64,000 bases of DNA from Christensenellaceae bacterium. Lineage in GTDB: Bacteria > Bacillota > Clostridia > Christensenellales > CAG-138. The notes under the pieces are model-generated. The model was given only the letters and a program-made list of their open reading frames with translations. It was not told where the DNA came from and did no database searches. Below are positions 15,469-23,392 of the stretch, piece by piece (within the stretch, counting starts at the first letter, position 1; every line of letters starts with the position of its first letter). The stretch spans positions 23,723 to 87,722 of the forward strand of contig JAISKB010000013.1 of the NCBI GenBank assembly GCA_031261085.1. Direction: 5' to 3'. Position numbers and translations under genes: made by a program.

Positions 15469-17316
15469 ATGAGCAAAAAACAAAAGCGCGTTATCGCCCG
15501 CATCGCCTTAAGCGGCCTTGCTCTGCCCCTGTTCCACCTTGCGCCCGCGCCGCTGCGGCTGTGGCTGTACCTGGCCGCATACCTGCTGGCCGGCTATGAT
15601 GTGCTGCTGAAGGCTGCCCGCAACATCGCGCACGGGCAGGTGTTCGATGAGAATTTCCTCATGTGCATCGCCACGGTGGGCGCGTTTTTAACCGGCGAAT
15701 ACCCCGAAGCCGTGTTCGTAATGCTGTTCTATCAGGTAGGCGCGTTGTTCGAAAGCTATGCCGTGGGTAAGTCCCGCGCCTCCATCGCCGCGCTGATGGA
15801 TATTCGCCCGGATATGGCGCGCGTGCGCCGCGGGGAAGCGCTGCTGGAGGTATCGCCCGAAGAGGTGGCCGTAGGCGAAACCATCGTGGTATCGCCCGGC
15901 GAACGCATCCCGCTCGACGGCGTCGTTTGCCTAGGCCGCTCCACGCTGGATACCGCCGCGCTCACCGGGGAATCGCTCCCCCGGGATGTTGCCGAGGGCA
16001 GCGAAGCGCTATCGGGCTGCATCAACCGCACCGGCGTGCTGGAGATACGCGTCGCCAAAGAGTTTGGCGAATCCACCGTGAGCAAAATACTCGAGCTGGT
16101 GGAGCACGCCGCCAGCAAAAAGGCCAAGGCCGAAACCTTCATCACACATTTTGCGCGCTATTATACGCCCTGCGTCGTGATAGGGGCGGCGCTTTTAGCA
16201 ATACTCCCCCCCTTGCTTACCGCGGCGCCCTTCACGCCCTGGCTGCACCGGGCGCTGATATTCCTCGTTATCTCCTGCCCCTGCGCGCTGGTTATATCGG
16301 TGCCGTTGGGCTTTTTTGGCGGCATAGGCGGCGCCTCCCGCCGGGGCATACTCATAAAGGGCAGCAATTATATGGAAACGCTGGCCAACACGCAGATCAT
16401 CGTGATGGATAAAACCGGCACGCTCACCGAAGGCAGCTTTACCGTGCAGGCCATCTGCCCTGAAAATATCGAGGCGGACCGCTTGATTGAGCTTGCCGCC
16501 CTGGCCGAAGCCTATTCCAGCCACCCCATCGCGCAATCCCTGCGACAGGCATTTGGCGGCGAAATCGAGCTTGGCCGCATCGCCGAAGTAACCGAAATTG
16601 CCGGGCAGGGCGTGACCGCCCGCATAGACGGCACCATGGCCGCGGTGGGTAACGCCAAGCTTATGGCGCAATATGGCATCCAAACCGAAGTGCCTGTAGA
16701 ACCCGGCACCGCGGTGTATGCCGCGCTTGAAACCGCCGGGCAGTGGAGCTACGCCGGGTACATCCGCATTGCGGATACCATCAAGCCGGATGCCGCCGCC
16801 GCCCTAGCCAGCCTGCACAAATGCGGCATACGCAAGAGCGTGATGCTCACCGGCGATGCGCAGGCCGTGGCCGAATATACGGCGTCGCAAATCGGCATAG
16901 ACGAAGTGCACGCCGGGCTGCTGCCCGAGGATAAGGTGGCCTGGATGGAACGCCTAAAAACCGAGTGCACCAAGAGCGGCACGCTGGCCTTTGTGGGGGA
17001 TGGCATCAATGACGCCCCGGTGCTGGCGCAGGCCGATATAGGCATCGCCATGGGCGGCTTGGGCAGCGACGCGGCCATAGAGGCCGCCGACATCGTGATT
17101 ATGGATGACCGTCCATCCAAAATTTCGGTCGCCATCGGCATTGCCCGCAGAACGCTGGGAATCGTAAAGCAAAATATTTGGTTCGCGCTGGCCGTCAAGT
17201 TCGTGGTGCTGCTGCTGGGCGCGCTGGGCAGGACCAATATGTGGGGCGCTGTGTTTGCGGATGTGGGCGTGAGCGTAATCGCCATTTTAAATTCCATGCG
17301 CGCGCTAAAGTCCTGA
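15469..17316 (+). CDS. cadA: Heavy-metal-translocating P1B-type ATPase (Cd/Zn/Co class)
   Basis: CPC in ISCPCALVIS, DKTGTLT, MLTGD and VGDGINDAP. Confidence 0.9.
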   Translation: MSKKQKRVIARIALSGLALPLFHLAPAPLRLWLYLAAYLLAGYDVLLKAARNIAHGQVFDENFLMCIATVGAFLTGEYPEAVFVMLFYQVGALFESYAVGKSRASIAALMDIRPDMARVRRGEALLEVSPEEVAVGETIVVSPGERIPLDGVVCLGRSTLDTAALTGESLPRDVAEGSEALSGCINRTGVLEIRVAKEFGESTVSKILELVEHAASKKAKAETFITHFARYYTPCVVIGAALLAILPPLLTAAPFTPWLHRALIFLVISCPCALVISVPLGFFGGIGGASRRGILIKGSNYMETLANTQIIVMDKTGTLTEGSFTVQAICPENIEADRLIELAALAEAYSSHPIAQSLRQAFGGEIELGRIAEVTEIAGQGVTARIDGTMAAVGNAKLMAQYGIQTEVPVEPGTAVYAALETAGQWSYAGYIRIADTIKPDAAAALASLHKCGIRKSVMLTGDAQAVAEYTASQIGIDEVHAGLLPEDKVAWMERLKTECTKSGTLAFVGDGINDAPVLAQADIGIAMGGLGSDAAIEAADIVIMDDRPSKISVAIGIARRTLGIVKQNIWFALAVKFVVLLLGALGRTNMWGAVFADVGVSVIAILNSMRALKS

Positions 17317-17377
17317 TATTTCACCACCTCTTAAACACAACTTTTTTGCTTTCCACTTGTGGCGGCATAAAGTTTTA

Positions 17378-17439
17378 CCCCATCCCCTAACCCCGTCCCC
17401 AGGGAAGGGGAATGCTTTTGCGGCTGCGCCGCAAGCGGG
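17378..17439 (+). repeat. GC-rich intergenic repeat, module X (locus A)
   Basis: Its reverse complement matches 42853-42914 at 58 of 62 positions. Confidence 0.8.
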
Positions 17440-17590
17440 GGCAAGCCCCCGCGCCCCCTGTTTTTGCTTGCAAATCGTTTTCGAATACAAACCCCCGAGC
17501 CTCCGCTGTGGCATAACCCCGTTTCCATTTTTCTGCGATGACACGAAATGAATTCTCTCAGCAAAGCAAGAGAAGCGGCTTCTAAAAGAA

Positions 17591-17674
17591 TTATTCCCTC
17601 CATGCGAAGGGGTCCGGGGACGGCGCCCCGTCCCCGGCCGGGGTGCGGGGACCGGGGTCCCCGCGAAAACGTTC
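17591..17674 (+). repeat. GC-rich intergenic repeat, module Y (locus A)
   Basis: TTATTCCCTCCATGCGAAGGG...GGACGGCGCCCCGTCCCC.GCCGGGGTGCGGGGA.CGGG.TCCCCGCGAAAACGTTC aligns with 37544-37628 at about 74 of 85 positions. Confidence 0.8.
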
Positions 17675-17693
17675 TAATCACAAAAGCAACCGG

Positions 17694-17722
17694 CACAAAA
17701 AGCGCGCCCAACCGGGCGCGCT
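17694..17722 (-). terminator. Intrinsic terminator of ppdK
   Basis: On the minus strand, AGCGCGCCC-GGTT-GGGCGCGCT is followed by TTTTTGTG, about 50 nt after the ppdK stop. Confidence 0.8.
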
Positions 17723-17773
17723 CTTATGTTGCTTATTGCTCCAAGACTATCGGGTATGCCCGCGCTAAGCCGC

Positions 17774-20407
17774 TTAGGCGTCTTTCCGATGCCGGATGCA
17801 GGCCTGCGCCGCGGCCAGCCGCGCGATGGGCACGCGGAACGGCGAGCAGGATACATAGTTAAGCCCGATGGTATGGCAGAAATCTACCGTGAAGGGATCG
17901 CCGCCATGCTCGCCGCAGATGCCCAGCTTGATATCCGGGCGGACGCTGCGGCCCAATTCGGCAGCCATCTTCACCAGCTTGCCCACGCCCGCGATATCGA
18001 TGCGCGCAAACGGGTCAAACTCGTAAATCTTCTTTTCGTAGTAGGCTTCGAGGAACTTGCCCGCGTCGTCACGGCTAAAGCCGAAGGTCATTTGGCTTAG
18101 GTCGTTGGTGCCAAAGGAGAAGAATTGCGCCTCCTTGGCCAGCTCATCCGCGGTGAGCGCCGCGCGGGGTATCTCGATCATGGTGCCCACCAGGTAGGGG
18201 ATCTCAACGCCGTTTTCAGCCAGCACTTCCTGCGCCGCTTGATCCACGACCTTCTTTACATAGATGAGCTCCTTCTCGTCGCCCACCAGCGGGATCATGA
18301 TTTCGGGTATCACCTGATTGCCGGTTTCACGCCGCACATTGATGGCCGCTTCGATGACCGCGCGGGTCTGCATTTCGGCAATCTCAGGGTAGGTGACCGC
18401 AAGGCGGCAGCCTCTGTGGCCCATCATGGGGTTAAACTCATGCAGGCTGGCGATGGTGCTCTTTAGGCGGTCTACCGTGACGCCCATCGTTTTGGAAAGC
18501 TCCAGAATATCCTCTTCTTTGGTGGGGAGGAATTCATGCAGCGGCGGGTCGAGGAACCGTATGGTTACCGGGCGCTCGCCCATGGCGTTGTAGATGCCCT
18601 CGAAGTCCTTGCGCTGCATGGGCAGCAGCTTGTTGAGCGCATCCCGGCGCGCCTGCTCGCTGGTGGCAAGTATCATCTCGCGCATAACGGGAATGCGATC
18701 CTCTTCGAAGAACATATGCTCGGTGCGGCAAAGGCCAATGCCCTCCGCGCCAAACTTAACGGCTATCGAAGCATCGTGCGGGTTATCGGCATTGGTGCGC
18801 ACCTTAAGCTTGCGGGACTTGTCGGCCCAGCTCATCAGGCGGCTGAAATCGCCGCCAATCTCGGCTTCCACGGTGGGTATCTTTTCGCCGTAGATGTTGC
18901 CTGTGGAGCCATCGAGCGAAATATAGTCGCCCTCTTTAAAGGTGCGGCCCGCCAGCTCGAAGCTCTTATCCGCCTCGTGGATGATGATATCGCCGCAGCC
19001 GGATACGCAGCAGGTGCCCATGCCGCGCGCCACAACCGCCGCGTGGCTGGTCATACCGCCGCGCACCGTGAGTATGCCCTGCGCGTGATGCATACCTTCA
19101 ATATCTTCGGGGCTGGTTTCCAACCGTACCAAAATAACCTTTTTGCCGCGGCCAACCCACTTCATAACATCTTCCGCCGAGAACACGACGTGGCCACAGG
19201 CGGCGCCGGGCGATGCCGCCAAGCCCCTGCCGATGACCTTCGTGTTTTTGAGCGCCTGCGCGTCGAACTGCGGGTGCAGCAACGCATCCAGCTGCCGGGC
19301 TTCCACCATCATAACGGCTTCTTCCTCGGAAATCATGCTTTCATCCACCAAGTCCGTTGCGATTTTGAGCGCGGCGGCGGCGGTGCGCTTGCCGTTGCGG
19401 GTTTGCAGCATGAACAGCTTCTCTTCCTCGATGGTAAATTCCATATCCTGCATATCGCGGTAATGCGTTTCGAGCTTGTCGCAAATATCCACAAACTGCT
19501 GATATGCCTTGGGCATAACCTTGGCCAGCTGGTCGATGGTCTGCGGGGTACGCACGCCCGCCACCACGTCCTCGCCCTGCGCGTTCATCAGGAACTCGCC
19601 AAACAGCTTCTTTTCGCCGGTGGCCGGGTTGCGGGTAAACGCCACGCCGGTGCCCGAGGTATCGCCCATGTTGCCAAATACCATCATCTGCACGTTTACG
19701 GCGGTGCCCCAATCGGAGGGGATGTCGTTCATGCGGCGGTAGTAGATGGCACGGGGGTTATCCCAGCTGCGGAACACGGCCTTAATCGCCCCCATGAGCT
19801 GTTCCTTGGGGTCGGAGGGGAAATCCTCCCCGATTTTTGCTTTATATTCGGCTTTAAATTGATTGGCCAGCTCTTTAAGATCATCGGCGGTCAGCTCGGT
19901 ATCCAGCTTAACGCCGCGCTTATCCTTCATTTTATCGATCAGCTCTTCGAAATGCTTTTTGCCGACTTCCATTACCACGTCGGAATACATTTGGATGAAA
20001 CGGCGGTAGGAATCGTAGGCAAAACGGGGGTTGCTGGTCTTCTGCGCAAAGCTTTCCACCACTTCGTCGTTGAGGCCCAGGTTGAGGATGGTATCCATCA
20101 TGCCCGGCATGGAAGCGCGCGCGCCGCTGCGTACCGAAACCAGCAGGGGGTTGCTCTTATCGCCAAACTTCTTGCCGGCTATCTCTTCCAGTTTGTGTAC
20201 ATAAGTATAAATTTCATCGGAAATGCCTTCGTTAATTTGCTGCCCGTCGACATAGTACTGCATGCAGGCTTCGGTGGTAACCGTGAAGCCCTGTGGCACA
20301 GGCATCCCAAGCCCTGTCATCTCGGCCAGGTTCGCGCCCTTGCCGCCCAGCAGGTTGCGCATGCCGGCGTTCCCTTCACTAAAGAGGTAGACGAATTTTT
20401 TTGCCAT
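17774..20407 (-). CDS. ppdK: Pyruvate, phosphate dikinase
   Basis: 877 aa. MAKKFVYLFSEGNAGMRNLLGGKGANLAEM, the phospho-His segment GGMTSHAAVVARG, and the PEP-utilizer C-terminus FFSFGTNDLSQMT. Confidence 0.95.
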   Translation of the reverse strand: MAKKFVYLFSEGNAGMRNLLGGKGANLAEMTGLGMPVPQGFTVTTEACMQYYVDGQQINEGISDEIYTYVHKLEEIAGKKFGDKSNPLLVSVRSGARASMPGMMDTILNLGLNDEVVESFAQKTSNPRFAYDSYRRFIQMYSDVVMEVGKKHFEELIDKMKDKRGVKLDTELTADDLKELANQFKAEYKAKIGEDFPSDPKEQLMGAIKAVFRSWDNPRAIYYRRMNDIPSDWGTAVNVQMMVFGNMGDTSGTGVAFTRNPATGEKKLFGEFLMNAQGEDVVAGVRTPQTIDQLAKVMPKAYQQFVDICDKLETHYRDMQDMEFTIEEEKLFMLQTRNGKRTAAAALKIATDLVDESMISEEEAVMMVEARQLDALLHPQFDAQALKNTKVIGRGLAASPGAACGHVVFSAEDVMKWVGRGKKVILVRLETSPEDIEGMHHAQGILTVRGGMTSHAAVVARGMGTCCVSGCGDIIIHEADKSFELAGRTFKEGDYISLDGSTGNIYGEKIPTVEAEIGGDFSRLMSWADKSRKLKVRTNADNPHDASIAVKFGAEGIGLCRTEHMFFEEDRIPVMREMILATSEQARRDALNKLLPMQRKDFEGIYNAMGERPVTIRFLDPPLHEFLPTKEEDILELSKTMGVTVDRLKSTIASLHEFNPMMGHRGCRLAVTYPEIAEMQTRAVIEAAINVRRETGNQVIPEIMIPLVGDEKELIYVKKVVDQAAQEVLAENGVEIPYLVGTMIEIPRAALTADELAKEAQFFSFGTNDLSQMTFGFSRDDAGKFLEAYYEKKIYEFDPFARIDIAGVGKLVKMAAELGRSVRPDIKLGICGEHGGDPFTVDFCHTIGLNYVSCSPFRVPIARLAAAQACIRHRKDA

Positions 20408-20648
20408 AAGTTCCTCCGTACATTCATGTTTTTTATTTTATATAATCGAATTATATAGCGAAATCCGGTATGCGCACAGGCGCATCATTTACAATCACCC
20501 AATTGGCGACAACATTTTTATTATAGCACAGCCACGGCAGGAATCAACAGCGCAACGCATTTTTTTGCAGTTTTTCTTTCATTAAGCATGGCAATCAACC
20601 TGCAAAATGATGGCTTTGCTGCATTTTCGCATTTTTTATTCGGCACTT

Positions 20649-21389
20649 TTATGGTTCCCCAATTTGCCGCAGCGCCGCAAACTTGCGTTCCAGCACATAT
20701 TCGGCATAGTCGCCCAAAGCGCGCTGCAGCTCCTGCCGCACCTGTTGCGGCAGCACGACCTTATTCATATCTTCATCCCGCAGCAACAGCATGCGCCGCA
20801 CCGCCTCGAGCGAAAGCGGCGTGACGGGCAAATCCCCCTGGCACAGGCACGCGCCGCATACCGCGCCGCCCGCCGCCGGGTCAAACCCCATGCGGGGCAG
20901 CCCGCGCAAATCCTGCCCGCAGCGCACGCAATGCGTCAGCGCGGGCGAATACCCCAGCGCGTGCAGGCAGCGCGCCGTAAAGCACAGCGCGATGTCGAGG
21001 GGCGCCTGCTCGCCATAGGCCAAAAAGCTTAAAGCGTAGTATAGCAGGGTAAACAGCGCCGTGGCCTTTTGCTCCTTTGCCGAAGCGCTGCCCGCCAAGC
21101 TCAAAAAGTAAGTGGCGGCGGTGAATTTGTCGATGTTTTCGCGCAGGGGATAAAACCGTTCCCGCACATCGCAGCTATCCACCGTATATTTGCCCCGGGA
21201 TTCGAACAGCACGAATTCCCCGTAGATAAACAGCTCGCTCGCGCCCAGCAGCTTGCTGCCCGGGCGGCGGCACCCGCGCGCCGATGCGGATACCACGCCC
21301 CGCTCCCGTGTAAACAGGGTGAGTATGCGGTCGTAATCCTTATAATTGGCATAGCGGAGCACGATGCCGCAAACGGTAACGCTGGCCAT
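20649..21389 (-). CDS. recO: DNA repair protein RecO
   Basis: MASVTVCGIVLRYANYKDYDRILTLFTRERGVVSASARG, and the zinc motifs CVRCG...CGAC. It sits downstream of era, as in Bacillus. Confidence 0.9.
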   Translation of the reverse strand: MASVTVCGIVLRYANYKDYDRILTLFTRERGVVSASARGCRRPGSKLLGASELFIYGEFVLFESRGKYTVDSCDVRERFYPLRENIDKFTAATYFLSLAGSASAKEQKATALFTLLYYALSFLAYGEQAPLDIALCFTARCLHALGYSPALTHCVRCGQDLRGLPRMGFDPAAGGAVCGACLCQGDLPVTPLSLEAVRRMLLLRDEDMNKVVLPQQVRQELQRALGDYAEYVLERKFAALRQIGEP

Positions 21390-21497
21390 AGGGTTCCGCC
21401 TTTCCAAAACTGTTATGAATTACAAGGCATGGCGGCGCGCAACGCCGCCGATACTGTTAACATCCCTATCCCGCCGTTTGCTGAAAGGAGCACCGCA

Positions 21498-21641
21498 ATG
21501 GACAAATCGAACCGGCTCAGCGCAAAAAGCGCCAAATGGAGCCTATTTGAAAAGACCGGGCGCATACGCGATTATTTGGAATATCACGCCCTCGACGAAA
21601 GCGGTTTGCCGGGCGCCGATACGAAGGGCATCCACCCCTAA
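21498..21641 (+). CDS. YqzL-like small protein (47 aa), on the strand opposite era and recO
   Basis: AAAGGAG lies 7 nt before the ATG. MDKSNRLSAKSAKWSLFEKTGRIRDYLEYHAL... carries the W-x-x-F-x-x-TG-x-I-x-x-YL signature I recall for YqzL. It occupies the usual era/recO interval. Confidence 0.55.
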   Translation: MDKSNRLSAKSAKWSLFEKTGRIRDYLEYHALDESGLPGADTKGIHP

Positions 21642-21645
21642 CGGC

Positions 21646-22542
21646 TTATTCATACCCCAGCTCGTTGAGCATGGCGGCGCTGTTGCGCCAATCCTCTTTC
21701 ACCTTCACCCACAGCTGTAAATTCACCCGCGTGCCCAGCAGCCACTCGATATCCTTGCGGGCATCCGTGCCGATGCGCTTGAGCATGCTCCCCTGCTTGC
21801 CTATGATGATGCCCTTGTGGCTATCCCGCTCGCAGTAGATCGTAGCCCATACATCCATCAGGCCGTCCTCGCGCTGCTGCATCTTATCGATGCCGACCCC
21901 CAAGCCATGCGGCACCTCCTCGCGCAGCAGCATCAGCGCCTTTTCGCGCAGGATTTCGCCGCACAGCACCCGCTCGGGCTGATCCGTCACCATATCGTCG
22001 GGGAAGTATTGCGGACCTTCGGGCAGGTAGCCGCGCAAGCGGCTCTCGAGCTCCGCAAGGCCTTGCCCATTTAGGGCGGATATTTCGTATAGGCCGCGCA
22101 GGAAGGCTTCTTTCTTAAGGCGTTCCCGCGCGGTAAGCTTATCCTCCGGCAGGGCAAAATCCACCTTGTTGAGCGCCGCGAGCACGGGCGCCTTGGCCGT
22201 GCGCAGTTTTTCGATGAGCGCTTCATCCTTGGCGCCAATGCCCCGCGCCGCATCCACCATAAACACGATGGCGTCCACCTCGCTGAGCGATTCGTAGGCC
22301 ACGCGCAGCATATATTCCCCCAGCCGGTTTTTGGGCGTGGTAACGCCAGGCGTATCCAAAAACACGATTTGATAGCCCGACCGGCTGCATACGCCCATCA
22401 CGCGGTTGCGCGTGGTTTGCGCCCGGTCGGATACGATGGATATCTTTTGCCCCACCAGACGGTTCATCAGCGTGCTTTTGCCCACGTTGGGCGCGCCTAT
22501 GATGGATATGAACCCGGATTGATACCCCGCTTCGCCGGTCAT
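21646..22542 (-). CDS. era: GTPase Era
   Basis: GFISIIGAPNVGKSTLMN, DTPG, NKVD and a KH C-terminus. The ATG at 22542 overlaps the cdd stop as ATGA. The longer track ORF is upstream read-through. Confidence 0.93.
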   Translation of the reverse strand: MTGEAGYQSGFISIIGAPNVGKSTLMNRLVGQKISIVSDRAQTTRNRVMGVCSRSGYQIVFLDTPGVTTPKNRLGEYMLRVAYESLSEVDAIVFMVDAARGIGAKDEALIEKLRTAKAPVLAALNKVDFALPEDKLTARERLKKEAFLRGLYEISALNGQGLAELESRLRGYLPEGPQYFPDDMVTDQPERVLCGEILREKALMLLREEVPHGLGVGIDKMQQREDGLMDVWATIYCERDSHKGIIIGKQGSMLKRIGTDARKDIEWLLGTRVNLQLWVKVKEDWRNSAAMLNELGYE

Positions 22543-22952
22543 TTTAAATCCCCCGGCCCAAAGGCTTCGGGCAACAGTTCTTTGAGCGTGAAGGTTTTGT
22601 ATTCCTCCGCGCTCAGGGCGCATATCACCGGCATATCCGGCTTGCAGAATTCCGACAGCACCTGCCGGCACACGCCGCAGGGCATGGCCGCGCGGTCGCC
22701 ATCCCAAACCACGGCCAGCGCCTCGAACTCGCGCTCGCCCTCGTACGCCGCGCGGAACATCGCAAGGCGCTCGGCGCATATGGTAGGCGTATAGGCGGCG
22801 TTTTCGATATTGCAGCCCAAATAATAGGCGCCGCTGGCGGCCTTCAGGCACGCGCCCACCCTAAAATGAGAATACGGCACATAGGCTCGCTCCTGCGCTT
22901 CCAGCGCCATGCGCACCATGTTGCGCGCTTCAAAATCGTGAATGCTATTCAT
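22539..22952 (-). CDS. cdd: Cytidine deaminase
   Basis: The CAERLAMF and PCGVCRQVL zinc motifs. Confidence 0.9.
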   Translation of the reverse strand: MNSIHDFEARNMVRMALEAQERAYVPYSHFRVGACLKAASGAYYLGCNIENAAYTPTICAERLAMFRAAYEGEREFEALAVVWDGDRAAMPCGVCRQVLSEFCKPDMPVICALSAEEYKTFTLKELLPEAFGPGDLK

Positions 22953-23392
22953 CGTACTACTCCTGTTTCAGTTAAAATCATTTCTTGCAGCGCGAACATC
23001 TCGCGTTCCGCCTCGGGCTGCATGTGGTCATATCCCAGCAGATGCAGCGTACCGTGCACGGCCAAAAAGCTCAGCTCCCGCTCCAATGTATGTCCATATT
23101 CCGCTGCCTGCGCATGGGCGCGCGGCAGCGAAATCATAATATCGCCCAAAAAGTCATCCGGCGCGGCGACGATCATTTCCCCCTCCCATGCCGGGAAGCT
23201 GATGACGTCGGTGGGGCTATCCACCTTGCGGTAATTCCGGTTTACGGCGTGTATCGCCGCATCGTCCGTCACCAGTATGGATATATCCCCCGCACGGCCC
23301 ACCTGCCTCAGCGCCGCTTCCGCCGCGCGAGCAAGGCAATCGCAAAGGCGCTCCCGCGCCGGCGCTTCCAAATCAAAAGCGATGTCTATCAC
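22949..23392 (-). CDS. ybeY: rRNA maturation endoribonuclease YbeY
   Basis: HGTLHLLGYDH metal motif, 147 aa. Confidence 0.92.
   Translation of the reverse strand: MIDIAFDLEAPARERLCDCLARAAEAALRQVGRAGDISILVTDDAAIHAVNRNYRKVDSPTDVISFPAWEGEMIVAAPDDFLGDIMISLPRAHAQAAEYGHTLERELSFLAVHGTLHLLGYDHMQPEAEREMFALQEMILTETGVVR

Noticed and set aside
17330-17720. A possible CRISPR array or small-protein genes in the GC-rich spacers (also 37380-37725 and 42780-42960)
   Set aside because: The repeats are not regularly spaced and have no unique spacers between them. The ORFs across them (for example 17548-17862 and 37555-38643) are Gly/Pro/Arg-rich artefacts without RBS. They are reported instead as a dispersed repeat family.
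18536-20458. A 640-aa plus-strand ORF antisense to ppdK. Similar long antisense ORFs occur at 11246-12241, 36187-37470, 39211-40962, 41149-42597 and 54525-55628.
   Set aside because: These are shadow ORFs typical of high-GC coding DNA. They are Arg/Ala/Gly/His-rich low-complexity translations with no recognisable motifs and no RBS. Each lies fully inside a strongly supported gene on the other strand.
21646-22851. Long N-terminal extensions of track ORFs: era at 401 aa, the Gx transporter at 290 aa, Rrf2 at 240 aa, lon at 863 aa, pyrD at 343 aa and pyrE at 231 aa
   Set aside because: The extensions are Arg/Gly-rich read-through across upstream genes or spacers. Internal starts with RBS or ATGA/GTGA coupling give proteins of canonical length.
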